A stretch of 64,000 nucleotides of DNA. It comes from an uncultured Candidatus Saccharibacteria bacterium. GTDB taxonomy: Bacteria; Patescibacteriota; Minisyncoccia; Phycocordibacterales; CALRHW01. How positions within the stretch are numbered: position 1 is the stretch's first letter; every line of letters starts with the position of its first letter. The position numbers and the translations under genes were made by a program. Under the pieces are notes generated by a model. That model made no database searches. It was not told where the DNA came from and saw only the letters and a list, made by a program, of their open reading frames with translations. Where the stretch lies: assembly GCA_964390845.1 (NCBI GenBank), contig CAYMIL010000003.1:4425-68424 (forward strand). Direction: 5' to 3'. This document shows positions 59,835-64,000 of the stretch, in pieces.

Positions 59835-60089
59835 ATGGCAAAACCAAATTCCGCCTTTATGAAGCCGCTCAATGTCAGTGCAGATCTCGCGGCAGTAGTA
59901 GGGAACGGTCCGATGCCTCGTTCTGAAGTCGTAAAGAAGCTCTGGGCATACATTAAAGAACACAATCTTCAGGACCCAAAGAACAAGCGAAACATCAATG
60001 CTGACGATAAGCTCAAGAAGGTTTTCGCAGGCAAGTCTGTCGTAAACATGTTTGAGATGACAAAGCTCGTTGCTGCGCACCTCTCATAA
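59835..60089 (+). CDS. Stand-alone SWIB/MDM2 domain protein
   Basis: PRSEVVKKLWAYIKEHNLQDPKNKRNINADDKL, MFEMTK. Confidence 0.94.
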   Translation: MAKPNSAFMKPLNVSADLAAVVGNGPMPRSEVVKKLWAYIKEHNLQDPKNKRNINADDKLKKVFAGKSVVNMFEMTKLVAAHLS

Positions 60090-60097
60090 TCTACAGC

Positions 60098-61018
60098 TTA
60101 CGAAGAAAGGAAAGAAGCGACTGCAGTATGCAGCGCTTTTTTCTTTGTGAGAGGAAACCACTGTATCCGCTTGTCTCGTTTAAACCATGTCATCTGGCGC
60201 TTTGCGTATTGTTTGGTTTCAGTTAGAAGGGCGTCGTGCATCTGAGCGCGGGTTATTGTGCCCTGTAGGTGAAGCGCGAGAAATCTGTACTCCAAACCAA
60301 GTGCGTGCATGCGTTTCCATGAAAGGCCTTGTGCGTGTAGGCGCCGTGCCTCAGCAATCATGCCCTTTTTAAGGCGTATATCGATGCGTTGTTCTATGGC
60401 GTTCGCGAGGGTGTCTTTGTCGGTAAGGATGCCGATCATGTAGGTGTTGTATGGAGATGTATGGTGGGTGCGAGGCACTACGCCAAGCGCCTCCACAATC
60501 TCAAGCGCGCGAATGAGACGTGGTTTGTTGTGTGGATCTATTGTTCCGGCGCGAGATGGGTCTTTGTGTTGAAGGAGAGAAAAAAGTTCTTCTGTCGTTT
60601 TCTTTTCGAGTTTGGTTCGTAGGGGTGGGTTTGGGGGTACGTCAGGAAGCGTGACGTCATCGATAAGCGTGTGTATATAAAATCCGGTTCCACCACAGAT
60701 GATTGGCACTTTCCCGCGAGAGAGAATGTCCGCAATAGCGGCGCTCCCCATGTTTTTAAATTGTGCAACGGTAAATGGTGAGCGTGATGTTGGGCTTGCG
60801 ACATCAAGAAGATGGTGTCGCACCCCGCGCATTTCAGAGCGAGTTATTTTCCCTGTACCAAGGTTGAGGCCTCGGTATACCTGGCGAGAGTCTGCGGATA
60901 TGATTTCGCCATTAAAAGCGCGCGCGAGCTCTACGGCGAGCGCGCTTTTTCCTGATGCCGTCGGGCCGACGATGGCAATAATCTTGGGCTTGTCGATGCC
61001 GGCAATATGTGTCGTCAT
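60098..61018 (-). CDS. miaA: tRNA dimethylallyltransferase
   Basis: GPTASGKS, SADSRQVY, GGTGFY, YAKRQMTWF. Confidence 0.97.
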   Translation of the reverse strand: MTTHIAGIDKPKIIAIVGPTASGKSALAVELARAFNGEIISADSRQVYRGLNLGTGKITRSEMRGVRHHLLDVASPTSRSPFTVAQFKNMGSAAIADILSRGKVPIICGGTGFYIHTLIDDVTLPDVPPNPPLRTKLEKKTTEELFSLLQHKDPSRAGTIDPHNKPRLIRALEIVEALGVVPRTHHTSPYNTYMIGILTDKDTLANAIEQRIDIRLKKGMIAEARRLHAQGLSWKRMHALGLEYRFLALHLQGTITRAQMHDALLTETKQYAKRQMTWFKRDKRIQWFPLTKKKALHTAVASFLSS

Positions 61019-61034
61019 ATAGAGAAATAGACTG

Positions 61035-61116
61035 TGCCGCGGGAGAGAATCGAACTCTCATGGATTGCTCCGCACGATTTTGAGTCGTGTGCGTCTACCA
61101 ATTCCGCCACCGCGGC
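61035..61116 (-). tRNA. tRNA-Leu(CAA), CCA not encoded
   Basis: Minus strand GCCGCGG/CCGCGGC acceptor; CACGA-CTCAAAA-TCGTG anticodon arm; variable arm. Confidence 0.95.
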
Positions 61117-61192
61117 ATGAGATAGAGTGTACCTGTGTTTGCATGGAAAATCAATCATGGTGTGATAAAATTACTCCATACATTACACACAT

Positions 61193-62179
61193 ATGTCACA
61201 ATACTACAACGATTCCGTATTCTGGGTTGAGCTCGATAAAATCAAACCAAACCCATTTCAGCCACGTCGCGAGTTTGACCAAGCTCAGCTCCAAAGTCTC
61301 GCCGACTCTATTCGCCAGTACGGTGTGCTTCAAGCGCTTGTTGTAACACGAAAAGAAGTACCAAAGCCAGACGGTGGTCTTGCGGTGGAGTATGAGCTCA
61401 TCGCCGGAGAGCGTCGCCTGCGCGCTTCAAAGCTCGCAGGTCTTTCTCAGGTCCCTGTGCTCATCAAGACAGGCGACGACAGCGACCTTATGAAGCTTGA
61501 GCTCGCGATTATTGAAAACATTCAGCGTGAAGACCTCAACCCCGTTGACCGTGCTCGTGCGTTTGAACGCTTGGCTGTTGAATTTAAATTTAAGCACAAT
61601 GAGATTGCGCAAAAAGTAGGGAAGAGTCGTGAGTATGTGAGCAACACATTGCGCATTTTGTCATTGCCGTCAGATATTCTTGACGCTCTTTCTGCGGGGC
61701 GAATTTCTGAAGGACACACACGCCCACTCATGATGCTTGGCGATCGTCCCGAAGAGCAGTCTACGCTGTTTAAAGAAATCATGTACAAAAAACTCACGGT
61801 CCGTGAGGCAGAAATGATTTCTCGGAAAATTGCTTTTGATAAGGTGCGCAAGAAAGATTACACTGTTGACCCAGAGCTTATTGAACTTGAGGAGAAACTA
61901 TCACAATCGCTTGGTACGCGTGTGTCTATTGAGCGTCGCGACAACGGCGGGAAACTTTCTATAGATTTCTTTTCTAATGATGATTTGCGTACTATCTTAG
62001 ATATTATCAATTCCCGAAAAGCGGGAAGTGCTACCGAAATGCTCGACAAGCATATTGCAGAACACCCACAGAGCGCTCCAGAGCCAATCGTTACATCTGA
62101 CCTTGCTGATGACCGCTCAGTAGACGAGAAGAAGTCTGATGACGAGGACCTCTATTCGATCAAGAATTTCAGTCTTTAA
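61193..62179 (+). CDS. parB: ParB/Spo0J partitioning protein
   Basis: PNPFQPRR, AGERRLRA, ENIQREDL and HTH motifs. Confidence 0.95.
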   Translation: MSQYYNDSVFWVELDKIKPNPFQPRREFDQAQLQSLADSIRQYGVLQALVVTRKEVPKPDGGLAVEYELIAGERRLRASKLAGLSQVPVLIKTGDDSDLMKLELAIIENIQREDLNPVDRARAFERLAVEFKFKHNEIAQKVGKSREYVSNTLRILSLPSDILDALSAGRISEGHTRPLMMLGDRPEEQSTLFKEIMYKKLTVREAEMISRKIAFDKVRKKDYTVDPELIELEEKLSQSLGTRVSIERRDNGGKLSIDFFSNDDLRTILDIINSRKAGSATEMLDKHIAEHPQSAPEPIVTSDLADDRSVDEKKSDDEDLYSIKNFSL

Positions 62180-62185
62180 TTCCTT

Positions 62186-64000
62186 CTACTTCTTCTCCAG
62201 CTTATGTGGGTTGTGATTTGGACACGTCTTGTCTGAACATCTCTCTGGAATAGTTTTGGTGCCTTCCATCATGAGTGCTGGGCAGGGGCCAGTGTCGCGC
62301 ATGTATCCGCAGATGCGACCAGTTGGTTTTGCTTTAATAGCATATTTGCAATCAGGGTAATTGCTACAACTATAGAAAAGTCCAAAACGTCCGCGACGCT
62401 CTGTCATGAAGCCCTTCTGGCAGACAGGACACCCTACACCCGTCGAGTTTTGTTTTTCGAGCTCTGCGTCTTTTTTAATATATTTGCACTTTGGGTAATT
62501 GTTGCATGCGATAAAGCGACCAAACTTTCCGTCGCGCTCAACAAGCATTCCTTTTTCACAGTTCGGACATTTTTCACCAGTTTCTTTTGGTCCCTCGAGC
62601 TCTTTGCCATCTATGGTGCGTGCACCAGTACAATCTGGGAATTTTTCACAACTCATAAACTTTCCACTGCGACTGAGTTTGATAATCATTCCACTTCCAC
62701 AGACAGGGCATTTAAATTCACTTGGCGCTTTTCCAAGGTCTGTTGCTTTTGCTAGTTTTTCTTTTGCTTTTACGTCTTTAGCGAGTGGTTTGTAATATGC
62801 AGAAAGAGTTTTTTCATAATCAGCTTTACCTTGAGCAATTTCGTCGAGCTTGTCTTCCATTTCTGCAGTAAAAGAATCATTGATGTACTCCATGAAATTG
62901 TTTTCAAGGAATGAGCTTACAACATCACCTGTGTCTGTAGGCACAAGCGCTTTGTTTTGTTTTTCTACGTATCCACGATCAACAATTGTCTTGATAATAC
63001 TTGCGTATGTAGATGGGCGACCAATGCCACGCTTTTCAAGCTCTTTAACGAGACCTGCTTCGGAATATCGTGCTGGTGGTTGTGTTTCTTTTTGCTCAGT
63101 TTTTATATCAACAAGGGTGATGCTGTCGCCAACGCTGAGTTTTGGTAGCTCAACATCTTCTTGGCGCGCGGCAGGGTCTGCGGCATACCAACCGTCAGAA
63201 AGGATGCGGGATCCGTGAATTGCGAAATCGGGAATAGAGCCCGACGCGCCAATGTTTGCGGTTACTTTTGTACGAAGAGTGTTTGCATCCGCCATCTGTG
63301 ATGCAACCGTTCGTTTCCAGATAAGGCGATATAATTTTTTCTGTTCCTCAGTAAATCCTGCGTTTTCTCGTGCGAGACTTGTGGGGCGGATTGCTTCGTG
63401 TGCCTCCTGCGCGTTCTTACTCTTTTTGCTAAATGTACGGAATTGTAAATATTGCTTACCAAATTTTTGCTCAATGATGCTCGCAATCTGACCAAGTGCC
63501 ATTTTGCTGAGCGTAGTGCTATCTGTACGCATGTAGGTGATAAGACCTGCTTCGTAGAGTTTCTGGGCGATACCCATTGTCTTTGATGGAGCAAAACCGA
63601 GGCGTGAGCTTGCCGCTTGCTGGAGTGTCGACGTGATAAATGGCGGACGCGGTGAACGTTTCACCTCTGTTTCTTTCACATCAGTGATAGTCCATGAACC
63701 CGATTTTCCCGCTGAAATAATGTGGTCTACCTGTGTGCGCTCCGTTGGTTCCTCGACACACGTAAATGTGAGCGTGTGTTCCACGGGACTTTTTTTATGT
63801 TCCGGTGGGTACTCAAAATCTGCAGTGATTGTCCAAAATGTATGGGGTGTAAAGGCGCGGATTTCTCGCTCGCGCTCCATAATGATGCGAAGCGCTGGAG
63901 ACTGTACGCGTCCAGCAGATAGGCCGTATCGAACTTTTTTCCAGATAATGCCAGAGAGATCATAGCCAACAAGGCGGTCGAGTACACGGCGTGCCTCTTG
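62186..64000 (-). CDS. topA: DNA topoisomerase I (start lies beyond the window), C-terminal Zn ribbons
   Basis: SAGRVQS, ITYMRTD, AHEAIRP, GIGRPSTY; repeated CxxC ribbons. Confidence 0.97.
   Translation of the reverse strand, partial: QEARRVLDRLVGYDLSGIIWKKVRYGLSAGRVQSPALRIIMEREREIRAFTPHTFWTITADFEYPPEHKKSPVEHTLTFTCVEEPTERTQVDHIISAGKSGSWTITDVKETEVKRSPRPPFITSTLQQAASSRLGFAPSKTMGIAQKLYEAGLITYMRTDSTTLSKMALGQIASIIEQKFGKQYLQFRTFSKKSKNAQEAHEAIRPTSLARENAGFTEEQKKLYRLIWKRTVASQMADANTLRTKVTANIGASGSIPDFAIHGSRILSDGWYAADPAARQEDVELPKLSVGDSITLVDIKTEQKETQPPARYSEAGLVKELEKRGIGRPSTYASIIKTIVDRGYVEKQNKALVPTDTGDVVSSFLENNFMEYINDSFTAEMEDKLDEIAQGKADYEKTLSAYYKPLAKDVKAKEKLAKATDLGKAPSEFKCPVCGSGMIIKLSRSGKFMSCEKFPDCTGARTIDGKELEGPKETGEKCPNCEKGMLVERDGKFGRFIACNNYPKCKYIKKDAELEKQNSTGVGCPVCQKGFMTERRGRFGLFYSCSNYPDCKYAIKAKPTGRICGYMRDTGPCPALMMEGTKTIPERCSDKTCPNHNPHKLEKK

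Noticed and set aside
61117-62185. parS site or parA partner near parB
   Set aside because: No TGTTTCACGTGAAACA-like palindrome and no Walker-A ParA ORF were seen nearby; a solitary chromosomal parB is unremarkable.

Overview
64 kb of a small-genome bacterial chromosome, most likely Patescibacteria/CPR (Parcubacteria-like). The lineage call is inferred from the trimmed aminoacyl-tRNA synthetases, split transketolase, short EF-Ts, DUF192/Gmad2/LemA-HtpX content and near-absence of Shine-Dalgarno (SD) motifs in core genes. Genetic code 11. The backbone is housekeeping: pyrG, metG, aspS, rnj, secG, groES/EL, nrdAB, gap-rpiB-rpe-tkt-fba, rplY, rpmE-prfA-rpsB-tsf, pheST, gyrB, alr, rpmG, miaA, parB, topA, plus six tRNAs. 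No integrase, transposase, CRISPR array or prophage was seen. Main observations: (1) Two expression grammars coexist. Many core genes look leaderless (TANNNT, 6-7 nt, ATG; A/T-ending codons). About 11 solitary genes inserted among them have C/G-ending codons, an SD, often a TTGACA-type promoter, and their own GC-rich terminator. (2) An Asp-specific T-box riboswitch with an ultrashort Stem I and a transcriptional terminator precedes aspS. (3) NrdB has the class Ic (Mn/Fe, tyrosyl-radical-free) signature. (4) A candidate pseudoknotted leader precedes an RRM gene. All calls are from reading the sequence by eye; no searches or folding programs were run.
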